Positions 15,450 to 29,220 of a stretch of DNA of 64,000 nucleotides are shown piece by piece. Position 1 is the first letter of the stretch. Each line of letters opens with the position of its first letter. The position numbers and the translations under genes were made by a program. Below the pieces are notes generated by a model. The model made no database searches. It saw only the letters and a program-made list of their open reading frames with translations, and had not been told where the DNA came from. Source of the DNA: the human T2T-CHM13v2.0 reference genome, Homo sapiens; the NCBI RefSeq assembly GCF_009914755.1, contig NC_060932.1; one strand, given 5' to 3'.

Positions 15450-15490
15450 TATATTTAATTAGAGGTCATGGAATGAATCTATTATTAGTA

Positions 15491-17192
15491 AAAATACTAC
15501 AAACCACTTCTCAATGAAATCAGAGATGGCACAAACAGAGGAACATTTCATGCTCGTGGATGTGAAGAATTGACATCATTAAAATGGCCATACTACCCAA
15601 AGCAATTTATAGATTCAATGCTATTCCCATTAAATTACCAATGTCATTCTTCACAGAACTAGATAAAACTATTTTAAAATTCATATGGAACATAGCAGAA
15701 TCCAAATAGCCAAGACAATCATAAGCAAAAAGAGCAAAGCTGGAGGCATCATGTTACCCTACTTCAAACTGTACTACAGGGCTATAATAACTAAAACAGC
15801 ATGGTACTGGCACAAAAACAGACACATAGACCAATGGGACAGAATAGAGAACCCAGAAAAAAGACCACACACCTACAACTATCTGATCTTCAACAAACCT
15901 GACAAAAACAAGCAATGGGAAAATGATTCCCTATTCAATAAATGGTGCTGGAATAACTGGATAGCCATGTGCAGAAAATTGAAACTAGATCCCTTCCTTA
16001 CACCATGTACAAAAATTAACTCAAGATGGATTAAAGACTTACATGTAAAACCCCAAACTATAAACACTCTGGAAGACAACCCAGACAATACCATTCAATA
16101 CCATTCGGGACATAGGCACAGGCAAAGATTTCATGATGAAAATGCCAAAAGCAATTGCAACAGAAGTAAAAATTGACAAATAGGATCCAATTAAACTAAA
16201 GAGCTTCTGCACAGCAAAAGAAGATATCAAAAGAGTAAACTGACATCCTGCAGAAAATTTTTGCAAACTGTGCATCTAACAAAGGTCTAATATTGAGCAT
16301 CTATAAGGAACTTAAACAAATTTACAAGAAAAAAGCAAACAACCCCAGTAAAAAGTGGGCAAAGGACATGAACAGACACTTTTCCAAAGAAGACATGCAT
16401 GTGGCCAAGAAACATATGAAAGAAAGCTCAACATCACTGAACATTAGAGAACTGCAAGTCAAAACCACAATGAGATACTGTCTCAAATGAGTCAGAATGG
16501 CTATTACTAAAAGTCAAAAAATAACAGATGCTGGCAAGGTTGTGGAGAAAAGGGAATGCTTATACACTTTTGGTGGGAGTGTAAATTAGTCCAACCATTG
16601 TGGAAGACAGTGTGGCGATTCCTCAAAGACCTAAAGACAGAAATACCATTAGACCCAGCAATTCCATTACTGGGTATATACCGAAAGAAATATAATTTGT
16701 TCTATCATAAAGACACATGCACACACACGTTCATTGCAGCACTATTCACAAAGCAAAGACATGGAATTAACCTAAATGCCCATCAATGTCAGATGGGATA
16801 AAGAAATTATAGTACATCTACACCACGGAATGCTATGCATCAATAAAAAATAATGAGATCACGTATTTTCCTGGGACATGGATGAAGCCGGAGGCCATGG
16901 TCTTTAGGAAACTAACGCAGGCACAGAAAATCAAATACCAAATACCACATGTTATCACTTGTAAGTGGGAGCTAAATAATAACACATAGACACATAGAGG
17001 GGGACAACACACACTGGGGCCTATGAAGAGGGTGGAAGGTGGGAGAAGAGAGAGAATCAGGAAAAATAATAATAAGTATTAGGGTAATAACAACTGGGTA
17101 ATAAAATAATCTGTACAAGAAAACCCCATGACCAGTGTTTACCTATGTGACAAACTTGCACATGTACCCCTGAACCTAAGATAATAGTAAAA
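15491..17192 (+). mobile_element. 5'-truncated L1PA13-like LINE-1
   Basis: ORF2 peptide [22 protein letters not shown]...FNKWCW; 3' UTR gagaatcaggaaaaataat...gtacccctgaacctaa. Confidence 0.92.
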
Positions 17193-17229
17193 AGAAATAC
17201 ACAATTCTTTCATTTAATTATCAAGAATA

Positions 17230-17830
17230 GTACCTATCAAATGTTAGAAGACCCGCTACAGCAAAGATTTCAAGATCAATAGAATACAGCTTTGGCTTTA
17301 GAGGAAATTACGGGACAGTTAGGAAGACATATATTTAAAACAATCATTAGTGGCCAACTGTCTGACTCAGGGACTGCGCAAACAGGGTTCATGAATTATG
17401 CTCGGGGGTAGGAAATTCAATAAGGCTTCACAGAGAAAGACCTGCTGAGACTTTAGCATCAAGACATGGTTCTTGGGTACACTAAACTCCCAGAATTCAC
17501 CACTATACAATTCATTCACATAACAAAAAACCACTTGTACCACAAAAGCTTTTGAAATTTAAAAATATTAAACATATAAAGTTAATGTAAGACAAAAAAA
17601 GATATCGTTCTCAAGCTGAATAAGGAGTACAGGACATTACAAAAAGAAAAATACATTTCCTCAGCTGTTAGTATTAAAAAAAAGCATGCGTGTTCTTGGA
17701 AGTCTAAGTAAGTGAAGTGACTAGAGTGTAGGTATATACAGACAAGTGAGTTTAATTATAGAGTTTCACAGGGCAGAGATCACAGAGGGATTTGAATGAC
17801 ATGCCGCAGAGTTTCAATTACATAAGGATC
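17230..17830 (-). mobile_element. L2 fragment interrupted by a short L1
   Basis: aggcttcacagagaaagacctgctgag...gactagagtgtagg...gggcagagatcacagagggatttgaatgacatgcc. Confidence 0.55.
17474..17598 (+). mobile_element. Very short L1PB4-like 3' end insertion
   Basis: gggtacactaaactcccagaattcaccactatacaattc...ttgtaccacaaaagcttttgaaat; TSD aagacatggttct (17461-17473)/aagatatcgttct (17599-17611). Confidence 0.85.
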
Positions 17831-18899
17831 CAGCACAGCTGTGCCTATTTCTCTGCTTTCATGTGGGAAAACGAATCCCATATCTTTCTAAGTATAGCTA
17901 ATAGAAATATGAAAGTTTCTGAATATGGGTTTCTGGTCAATAAAGATTTTCATTCCAGGGTGTTTAATTAGCTTTACAACATCCCCACGCCTGACTTGGC
18001 TTGCACATAGCTGACTATCGGATAACCATAGCATGGACACATGCAGCAAGAATCCATTGAACATTTTATTAATCACTGAGGCAACTGAGTCTGGTCTCGT
18101 GGACATGGGCTTTAGGACCTACTCTGCTGCTAGTTAAAAGTAAAAATATAAATAATTCACTCTATGTGGAGTTTGTAAAATTAAAAGAAGGAATCAGCTT
18201 TGTATTGGTGGCATAGTTTAAAAAGTCATTCCCCAGTGCTTAAAAAAGTGGGATATTTATCACAAACAACCTGATATGAGGCTTTGCTTGGAAGAAGTTA
18301 TGGTAAGATGGAAGCAGGCACTCACAAGGCAACCATGAGCAGGACCTGAGATGGAGCTGCCACCTTTGATGGAGCTTGAGGGCCCTCCTTTGCCAAAATC
18401 CCCTCTACTTCCTGTGAAACACTCATGCTCAGGACAAGTGCCAACCATCATTTATCATCACCACTGCACTGTTGATTTCCTTCATTTAGAGTTATAAGAA
18501 AAATGAAGTACTTGCTGAACTTAACCTTCTATTGCATGTTGGGGGTGAAAAAGGGTAGTTCTGGCTATGCTGTATATTTCAAGAACGTATAAGCTGTGCA
18601 TATATATTTTTTTAACTGAGAAACATTTCTCTGATTTCAACATGCAAATAAAGTGTTTATGGGCCCATGGAATTAACATGAGATAAAATTGTGAGCCCAT
18701 CTTGATTTATTCCTTTCCATACTAACTCATTGTGGGAAATTATTATAATAGAAACTCTCTGGGCCTCAGCCTCCTCTTTGTGCCCCAGGTTCAAGGTAAC
18801 TTACCTATCTCCTGTCTGGCCTCTGGAGCACTATGAACACTGCTGTCTCACAAAAAGAGGTCTAATCCTGTGTTCTGAGCAGAAAGGGTCAAGTAGCTA

Positions 18900-19430
18900 C
18901 CAGGCCTGGCCTCCTGCAAGTTGCTTAAATTTTCTTGTCTTTGGTGTTTTTGTCTTTAAAAAACAATAAAAGTCCTACTTGTTCCATTCTATGAGATGAC
19001 TTTTAAATACCTAGAATGATAATACACAAACAGTAGATTCCTTATTTTATCTTATTACATTATTTATACTGTAGCTAAAGCAATATACTTTAGTGCACTT
19101 GAAGGTCTTAATAATAAAATATTGGCTACTATATATGAGCGGCATTTTATTAGTAACCTCAGAACTGCTAAGTAGTGTAAATAGATTTTTTTTGTTTAAT
19201 TCACCAAAAACAAATACATGATTCTTTAAACCCTACCCAAACCCAGTTTTACAGATGAGGAAACTGAGACCCAGGAGTCATAGCTAATTTGTAATTCCAT
19301 GTTCATTCTATTGCAAATCCTGTGCTTTTATTTTGTCAAATGGGCCCCTGACAAACAACTAGTACAGTGTGTCAGGATTTGAACCAAATATGAATTCTAA
19401 CCCCATGGCGTTAGCCGTAAGGCTAGACTC
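18900..19430. mobile_element. Cluster of MIR fragments in both orientations
   Basis: cccagttttacagatgaggaaactgagacccagg (19242-19276); caggatttgaaccaaat. Confidence 0.65.
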
Positions 19431-19849
19431 TAATTTTACAATTCTTTGTGCCTAGATTGGCTATTGACTACCAGGATCTAATATGTGAGTAAAGAATGCT
19501 TTAATGAATGTGTAGATGAAATATAGCCATAAAACATATAAAATATATACATACTATTTACAAACATATGTACAAACTCATATTCATGAATACTCTATGA
19601 TTTTCTTTGGCAAATATTCTAGAATTCAGCACAGCTAAAAAACATTTCAGTTATTTCATGTGTTGGCAATACCATCTTAATAGCTCTCCTTTGTTTATGT
19701 AATTTTGAATAGAAAGAAACATTTCCAACTCACTTCAGGCTTATAGCAAAAATAATCCCATATTAATAAACTGCCATAGCCATCATTTACTTTGACAACA
19801 TAAAAATCATACATGTCATGAGATAATTTATATACATCGTCTCTATTAA

Positions 19850-20010
19850 TAGTTTTCCTATGTGATTACCTCATGAGGCAAGCCTGTTCATCTTTATTTT
19901 ATAGAAAGGAAACTGAGGTTCAGGAAAGTTGGCTCATTTATCTAAGGTGTCACAGCTAATAACTTTCAGAACTATATCTTCAACCCAGGTATCTGACTCC
20001 GAAAAATATT
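19850..20010 (-). mobile_element. MIR SINE
   Basis: attttatagaaaggaaactgaggttcaggaaagttgg...aaggtgtcacagctaat...acccaggtatctgactcc. Confidence 0.8.
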
Positions 20011-20811
20011 CTGCCTCCAACTTCAGTGCACACATTCCCTGCATCAATGTTGATCCATCTCTTTGGGATGGCAAATGTCATCATATGGCATAGATTTGTT
20101 GTTTGAAATGTCCATGTGTGATTTGGAGACCAGTCTATAAATAAACTATCTTGGTCAAACTGCCCTAAAGCAAGATATGACTATAGAGATAGAGATTTTC
20201 CATTGTGGCTTCAAAATTGTTTTCTGTATGTTATCTACTCTCTGAACCCACTTTCCAGCTCACATGCTCTCAGAATATCAGACTAGATAAACGTTGTAAT
20301 AATAAATCCTGATATTTCTGTCTCATCTTGGCTAAAGCAATGAAGCAAACTGACATTAAATTTTCCTTCTTTCTGCTTTCTTTCTTCATTTGGCCCTTCA
20401 CCTGTAAATTCCCAGCTCAATTTAACTGAAGGTTGTACTGAGAGACCAAAGGCTAAGACATTAGTAGCTTAATGCATGACATAAATGATGGCAGAACTTT
20501 GATGAATTGGACAAATGAAACACTCCATTCTTTGAAGGAATACCTGTCCAAACTGTCAGAGCAAGAGTGGAGGTGGCAGCTCTAGCTTATACACTGCTTG
20601 CTAAAATCTTTAGCATCTGTGTGTAGTGATGAAAGCTGAGAGAGCCCTGAGATTAACCAAAGGAAGTGCTTCAGAACCATAAGAGTCAAGTGGCACCTGG
20701 CCACACAGCTGTGCAGTCTTACTTACAATGTCCTTCAATCAATGCTTTCCTGGAACTCAGCTTCCTCCTCTGCTAAGTTAAGACTAAAATATCTATCTCT
20801 TAGCATCATTG

Positions 20812-21324
20812 TGCCGAGACCATCTCGGTCAGGGAGACCCTAACCCAGCAGCACTAGAGGAATTAAAGACACACACACAGAAATATAGAGGTGTGAAGTG
20901 GGAAATCAGGGGTCTCAAAGCCTTCAGAGCTGAGAGCCCCGAATAGAGATTTCCCCCCATATTTATTAACAGCAAGCCAGTCATAAGTATTGTTTCTATA
21001 GATATTAAATTAACTAAAAGTGTCCCTTATGGGAAACAAAGGGATGGGCCGAATTAAAGGAATAGGTTGGGTTAGTTAACTGCAGCAGGAGCTTGTCCTT
21101 AAGGCACAGATCGCTCATGCTATTGTTTGTGGTTTAAGAATGCCTTTAAGCGGTTTTCCACCCTGGGTGGGCCAGGTATTCCTTGCCCTCATTCCCGTAA
21201 ACCCACAACCTTCCAGTGTGGGCGTTAGGGCCATTATGAACATGTTACAGTGCTGCAGAGATTTTGTTTATGGCCAGTTTTGGGGCCAGTTTATGGCCAG
21301 ATTTTGGGGGGCCTGCTCCCAACA
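20812..21324 (-). mobile_element. MER9 solo LTR (HERV-K HML-3, ERVK)
   Basis: Minus strand starts tgttgggagcaggccccccaaaatctggccataaactggcccc; 513 bp; perfect 6-bp TSD tcattg (20806-20811, 21325-21330); inserted in a MIR. Confidence 0.93.
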
Positions 21325-21577
21325 TCATTGGGATAAGGTTTACTAATTGTTTTGAAATGATCAATTTAATAAATGGAACATAGGTAACCATTAAATGGTA
21401 GAGAACATTATTGCTGTATTAAGTAATACATATATGCAATGTATAATATTATATAATAGTAGTAACTACAAAGTGCCAGTTCAGGTTGAATTAGGGAAGA
21501 CAAGCTAACAGAGAAGTCTGATGTGGTGGGGAGTGGTGTACCAATAAAATCAGGCAGCAAGGAAAGAACAAAAAGAA

Positions 21578-21960
21578 TTGTGTAGTGGTTGAGAACTAGG
21601 ATTCTTGTCAGCCAGATCCTCTTTCTGCCATTTAACACTTGAACGACCATGGTTGAGTTAATTAACTTTTAAGGATCAGTTTCCCTATCTTTGAACTAAG
21701 CACAATACTGATTTTATCTAATAGACTTTCTGCAACTATATATATATATACACACACACACATACATATAAATTAATACAGATTTTAATGTATTAAATAA
21801 TACATGTTTATATATTATTTAAATATATGTACATATATTTAATATACATTATGTATTATTAAGTAGATATTTAAATCTGTGTATGTTAAAATATTTATGT
21901 AAATCACTTACATACCTGACACACATTGAGCCCTCAACCAACATTACTTATTTCCCATTA
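21578..21960 (+). mobile_element. MIR interrupted by TA/CA-rich expansion (~21737-21890)
   Basis: gtgtagtggttgagaactaggattc...gagttaattaacttt...tcagtttccctatct. Confidence 0.7.
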
Positions 21961-22059
21961 TTATTCATTAAGGACTACATAATACCTGACACATGATCAA
22001 AATATTTAACCTAATTCTCTCCACTAGCTACACCTCTAAATTCATTTGTGTTTTTCTCT

Positions 22060-22307
22060 AACCCAGGATAATTTACTTCATACGTCATGGCTAACTTCCC
22101 CTACAGTGAGGATTCTAGGAGAACCTGCTAGAAAACGACAAGGTTTCTTATAACCTATCCTTAAAAATCTCAGAACATCACGTTTCTTAAATTCTATTGG
22201 CCTAGCAAGACACTAAGGCCAGTCTGAGTTCAAGAGAGCAGAAACTATATACTACCTCTCCATGGGAGTGGTAGCAAATAATTTATAGCTAACTTTAACC
22301 TATCGCA
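22060..22307 (-). mobile_element. MLT1 (F/H-like) LTR fragment
   Basis: attctattggcctagcaagacactaaggccagtctgagttcaagagag...ccatgggagtggtagcaaa. Confidence 0.6.
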
Positions 22308-22331
22308 AGGAGCAAACCCACAGTGAAAAGC

Positions 22332-22839
22332 TGCATTACTCTACTTGGTCTGCCATAAGAAAATACCATAGACTGGGTGGCTGAAACAACAGGAATTTAT
22401 TTTCTTACAGTTCTGGAGGCTGGAAGTCGAGAGATCAGGGTGTCAGCAGGGTGCTGTTCTGACGAAGACGCTCTTACTGGCTTACAGGCTTCTGACTGTG
22501 TCCTCATGTGGCCTTCCTCTGTGAAAGCTCACTCTTTCTTCTTGTAAGGATACCAATCCTGTCGATATCCTTAGGAGTCCTCAAATGCATCATGCTCTTC
22601 CACACATATTTCTCCCTTCTCTGCTTTTTGTGTGTGCCTTTCTTTTAGCCTGGTTAACTTAATCTAAATTAAGTCTCCTTAATTCTCTAAACTTCTCAGG
22701 TCCTAAGTCCTGTCGGATTAGGACCACATCCTTATGATCTCATTTAACCATCTTAAAAGCCCTTTCTCCAAAGATGGTCACATTGGGGGTTTGGGCTTCA
22801 ACATCTGAATTTTCAGTGGGCACAGTGCAGTCAATAGCA
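22332..22839 (-). mobile_element. MLT1A-like solo LTR with a 143-bp internal insert
   Basis: ctgccataagaaaataccatagactgggtggctgaaacaacaggaatttattttcttacagttctggaggctggaagtc...gggcttcaacatctgaattt. Confidence 0.88.
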
Positions 22840-23002
22840 ACATCAGAGAAATGAACAAGATACACATAACATCCCTTGAGCAATTGTATCATCATGCCTG
22901 AAGCTATGTCTACCACCAGAATTACTTAAAAATGAGAACCAGTAAATTCTATTTTATTTTTTATAAGCCAATTTTGATGAGATCTTCTGTTATTTGTAAC
23001 AG
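22840..23002 (+). mobile_element. MLT1J/K-like LTR 3' fragment
   Basis: atgcctgaagcta...ttataagccaattttgatgagatcttctgttatttgtaac. Confidence 0.6.
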
Positions 23003-24489
23003 AAAGTGTCCTGGTTGATACAACAGGCAACTCTTTAGTGCCAACTTACAGGTCGCCAAGGGCAAGAATGGGATTTGTTAGAAGAAATTAGAATCCTGAA
23101 ACAGAAGCAAACACAAGAAATAGTGACATCAGTGATTATGCAGGATTGAGGACATAAAGCTACAATAACTTAATTCCAAAAGGTAATCTGTTTCTAGCTT
23201 GAAGCTAGTTTTAAAACACAGGATATGAACTTTTTAATTTACTGCAGAAAATCTTAAAGGCACATTCAGTACCTGAGAATCAAAAGCAAAAAAAAAACAC
23301 CACAATTGAATCAAAACGACTTCTAGAATGTAACATAGATGCCACTTAGAGACTCTTGAGTTTGATTAGAAATGAATTTATTCACAAGACTGATTATATT
23401 CAGTTTCTTCTCTTTATGGAAGAGAAAACCAATGGCCAGAGATTCAAAGCAATGTTTGCATCCTGGAGTACAAAAACACTAGCTTTTACAGTAAAGATCT
23501 TGACTCATATTTAACTTAAGCATAATGTTTTCTGCTTTTCAGAAAGCGACAACTCTCCATTTATTATAACCCTGTCCTCACTCTGATTATTCACTTTGAA
23601 GGAAGGACAATCAGGGTGAGTCAGTGGCCCTGAAGGCAAAGAAGAGGGTTTTCAAGCACAGGTGGGGAAATAAGGGAGTATCTCCAAACAACAAAGGTGA
23701 CCTGAGGTTTACTAAGGTAAGATGCCAAGAATAGATGCCTATTAATCCCTGTCGCACGGGTCACAGGCAACTCTGTCAACCAAATGTGTGGCTGTGTACC
23801 TAACGGTGTGTGTTCAGCCAGGATATTAAGGCACAGAGAGCAATACATCTCCCTGCCGCCCTTCCTGCCCCTGCTGAATGCATCAGGTCAGCATCCTACT
23901 CTGACTGCAGAGAAGAAAATGACATGTGCATAGAACAACATGGAAAGGAAATAAACGTCCTTGAGCAGAGACAGATGAGAAAGATTATTTTATATGGCAT
24001 GTTAAAGAAGGCAGAGAAAATTCAGCAGGTTTATGCTCTTGGGGCCTTAATAAACTGACTAAAAATAAAATAATTATCCTAAAGGTTCTCATATGACAGT
24101 TTTCTCTTCAAAGGATACTCCTTAGCCACTTTTTTCACAAAAAGAGATCACTTCTTTTTATATAAGCACTAATCGTGTTATATATGTGTTAACCTATGTT
24201 TCTCCCCTTCATTTCCTCTCTCTCTATATATTTTTTCTCACATATAACACATGTAAACTAAGTGTGGATGAAATTAAGAAATAAATGCATGATTACGTAT
24301 TGTTATAAGTAACTTCTTCCTCCTTTATTTCTGCCTTGTATTGTTTCTCTCTGTTAAATCCCTGATGCAAAATTTGCCAAAAATTCTGCAGTTTAAATGT
24401 CATGGGCTATGAACAAAAAGAATGGATGAGATAAAAATGTTTGGAAAGGTGGGTGGAAAGTCTGTAAATTTTAATAAAAACTCAAATTC

Positions 24490-24596
24490 GTGCTCGTTTT
24501 GGCAGCACATATACTAAAATTGGAACGACACAGAGAAGATTAGCATGGCCCCTGCACAAGGATGACACGCAAATTTGTGAAGTGTTCCATATTTTT
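24490..24596 (+). pseudogene. Full-length U6 snRNA retropseudogene (RNU6-nP type)
   Basis: Matches U6 (GTGCTCGCTTCGGCAGCAC...CCATATTTTT) with 6 substitutions, 4 at CpG; no recognisable PSE/TATA upstream; degenerate TSD aaaaactcaaattc/aaaaccctcgaattt. Confidence 0.97.
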
Positions 24597-24989
24597 CCAA
24601 TTTGTAATAAAGATACTTTTTAAAATTTAAAAAAACCCTCGAATTTGTTAGAATGTTTGGGGAACTGGGACTCCTCTGGGGAATTGGATTTTCTGTCTAT
24701 GAACTCTCTTATTTCAGTTCTCATCAGAATGATTGCAAATACCTAAGTCCCTAGTCTTCCTTCATCAACCTAACATGATTGCATCTTTGCTTGATGAGTC
24801 TGAGTTCTTTGAGTTCTTGGGCTCATTAGTGTTCACTCTGTGGAATTTGATGTTGATATAAATGTTTTAGGAGGTAGAGTTTGTTTACTTCTGAGTTTAG
24901 AATGCAAATACCAATGAACTTTTATGGTTTAGGTGGGATCTCAATATACTTGTATATGAAGTATCAGAAAATATTAGAGAAATTTGATA

Positions 24990-25135
24990 GTAATATAATA
25001 TCTGTGATTATCTACTGTTTACTATATATCAGGCATTGTAAGTTTTTCATGTGCATTACCTCATTTATCTCTGAAAACCACACTAGGAGTCTGATGCTAG
25101 GAATCTCTTTTACAGAAGATGAACTGCTGGGCTAG
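24990..25135 (-). mobile_element. MIR SINE
   Basis: tactatatatcaggcattgtaag...tgcattacctcatttatctct...tttacagaagatgaactg. Confidence 0.7.
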
Positions 25136-25137
25136 AG

Positions 25138-25310
25138 CAGAGTTTCTCAAACATTAGTATTCTTTCAAACCACCTGGGGGATCTAATTAAAATGCCAATT
25201 CTGAATCGAATACCTTGTTTCAGGCCGAGATTATGCATTTCCGACAGTTTCCTAGGCAATGTCAATGATAAACACTAGTAGAAATGAGGACTTTGAAACT
25301 TTCCAGCCTC
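25138..25310. mobile_element. MER5-like hAT-Charlie MITE
   Basis: cagagtttctcaaac...ccacctgggggatctaattaaaatgccaattctg...atgcatttccgacagtttcctaggcaatg. Confidence 0.7.
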
Positions 25311-27059
25311 CTAGCTAGTTGAGAAACTAGACTAGCACTTGTGAATTCAGATGACTACCCTTGGCCACCATTAGGTTCAGCAAACACACATGAGGCTGCT
25401 GGGATTCCTTCCCGGTCTACGGCAGACACTAACATTGTACTCCAGCATTCTCTCCTTCCCAGCCGCGAAAATGAACTCACATTTCTTCTCAGTAAAAAAA
25501 TTCCAAAAATTCACTGGTAATAAACCAATCAGGATAGGCCTGTGACATGAAGCTTCTTTTCATGATTCTGCAGTTTCTACTTTGGCCAAAAGGCTTACAT
25601 GTCAGTCTTCCTTGAAAAAAGGAGTAAATCAGTTGTTTTGAAAATTGTTATTTAACATGAGTTCCCTGAGAAGCATAGAGTCTTATAGTGATATATAAAA
25701 ACAAAAGGAGAAAATAATATCTATAATCTCACTACTCAGAGACAAGGACTTTGCATGTATTTATTCAATCATTTTCTTGTCCATGAATTTTTTTTGCATA
25801 GCTTTGATTGTACAGTATATAAACTTTTGTGTTCTGATAAAATATATTATTTGTCTTTTTAAAAATGAATACATACTACTCTATAAAGCAGATACATCAT
25901 GAATTAATTGAAAATTGTCTGTGTGAGCTTCCACCCCTGATTTTACTATTAATTTGCTAATTTTACTCTTAATATAAAACTGGGAATAATATATTTCTGC
26001 CAGGCTTTTCTTCTGTACATCAATTTTATGTCAATTTATTGATTAGAACATTCTAAAGTAATTCTGAGTCTCTTTTTGTTTTTGTTTTTCAATTTTGTAT
26101 GTGCTTCAAAAGAGTATGATGGCCTCTTTTAGGTATGCATTTGGCATATTTTACACTTTTTCACTGATTGAACTGCACACATGATCTATACTTCCTGCTA
26201 CGTGATACACATTTGGTAGGTTGTTTTTTACCCAAATGCATATTCTATCTCAGAGATTGTGCTGTAACACAAAGACTTCTGTTTGAAGAGAGTTCTAGGT
26301 ATAAAAGAAAGTAAAATAATTGAAATAATTATCCTTTCAAACCTTTCATTTTAAAAAAAAATTAGCTCAGCATGAATTCTCGACTTGATTTGTACTTCAC
26401 CATCTTTCCCCCGCTGCCCACGGCTTGATTAAAACACAAGAATGTAATTATCTGTTAATTTGGAGTCTGAACTGATGAAAATAGAAAGAACTTGCACAGG
26501 TCAGAGGTTATCATGGTGCATAATTAATTGTCCAACATCATCTTAATCAACATCTCTTCAGTTTGAGCATCCTGCATTTCTTGGACAGTAAGGGGGAGGA
26601 GAGATGTGTGATTTAATCAACTATGCCTGAGTTGTCAGAAACCGATTTGGGAGGCGTCATCCCCCAGTTATTAAAGAAAGAACTGAAGTGTTTCATCCTT
26701 CAGAGACAGGTCATGCATTACCAAGTTTGTAAGATACAAAGCGCATTGTTGAATACAAGGCTTCCTGCACGTGGCTAACTTCAACTTGATTAATACATTG
26801 AAGTATTAGGTCTGAGAAGGAAAGGTGTGCACATCTGAATGTAATCTAACATTATATGAATTATTAGCCACAAAAAGCCATTGACTTTTACCAATGTTAG
26901 ATTTGCTGTGCTATTACCAATGTGCGTGAAAGTATAGAATCTGTCCTTTGAAAAAAATCACAATAATGTCACATTTTCTGTCACATTTTCATAAACATGC
27001 CATAGGTCAAATAAAATAACAATAGAGAATATAAATTTCAGGCATAGTCTGGTCTTATA

Positions 27060-27850
<791 letters not shown>

Positions 27851-28324
27851 TGGTTTTCGTTTTTTACTGATCTGTCTTTCTAAGTGAGTATGAGTATTTG
27901 TGGTGAAGTTTGTGTATTTTCTTTATGATTCTGTAGAACTTAGATAAACATCCAGCTCATTAAATGTATAAAATATGTTTGTAGAATAAATTAGTAAAAT
28001 CAACAAATGTTTGAGTGGATTGATGAACAAAAAATGCATAGATAGATGGAAATATGAATGGTTGGATGAAAAGATGGATGAATGAGAGAAAACTAGGCAA
28101 GGTCCCAAAGGGAAATTGAGAAGTAGAACATGTTGGGTTAACCCTGTGATTCAGCAGTGGGAAAAAGAGAGCTGCAAGTTGCTGTGAAGTGTTGAAGACT
28201 TTCCAGAAGCCTCTCCACTCTGTTGTCAGTTGTTTTATCACCACTATTATAACAGAGGAAGCCTTAAGGATGATCATTTTATTCCAATGTTGTAATTATT
28301 AAAATAATAGTTTTTTAGTGTTTT

Positions 28325-28400
28325 GTCTTTTTTATCGATGAATACTATTTGTACATATTTATGGTGTACACGTAATATTTTGTTGCATGCATAGAATGTT
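28325..28400 (-). mobile_element. L1MA 3' end fragment
   Basis: tttgtacatatttatggtgtacacgtaatattttgttgcatgcatagaatgt. Confidence 0.7.
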
Positions 28401-29220
28401 AAAACCAAGTAAACTGAATGCTGGGTAAGCCTAAAGTTCAGGCAAGGTGGGAAATACACAGAGAAAGTCAAGGGCATAAAAATACTTAGACCACGAAATG
28501 GGCTTGTGGGAGAGAACAAGACAGTGGCAAAGTCCAGAGAAACAATTGGGAGAAATTTCACTGACCTTTGGTGTGGTTATTTAACTAGCAGAGAACTCTG
28601 GACAGAGATTTCATAGAAAGCTAGGGTCCTAGGGTCTCTGTCTCTCTCATAGACCACCACATTAGCATTTCTGAGTTACATGGCTACCCCGAGTAACATG
28701 CAAGTTTTTGTGGATTCATGAATTAATCTGTAAGCAAGTGAATTATATTTAACAATTATCAAGTGCTTTTTCAAAGAGTAAGGGCTTCGACATCCTGTCC
28801 ACCACTGTAGGTTTGTAGCCCTGCCCTGCATCCCTGCTCATGTCCATCTCCTCAGCTTTCAGTTAACCAGGAGACTTTCTGATTCTCCAGAGTAGACTCC
28901 CCACCCACCATTATATATGCTTATACTGTACCACTTCTTTAGAGCACTCCCTACATTTATTGATATGGATTTGCTCTGATGTCTATAAACCACAACAAAG
29001 ACAGGAATAGTTGATTCATCAAACATTTACTGAGTACCTCCAGTGTGGCACAGAAGATTCAGCAGTGAGGAAGAGAGAAGAGGTGTTTGAGCTCCTGGAG
29101 CCAGCATTTTATCAACTGTTGGGACTGAACATGTTCTAAAAAGTGAAACATAAATATGATAAATTCAGAAAATGAGCAATTATAGAAAGAGAATAAAATT
29201 ATGGGAATGGTGATATATTA

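Noticed and set aside
13049-16801. ORFs with L1 ORF2-like peptides (e.g. 15685-16176)
   Set aside because: Frameshifted, stop-ridden fragments of dead L1s, not genes
24490-24596. Functional U6 gene
   Set aside because: CpG-decay substitutions, TSD and no recognisable upstream PSE/TATA
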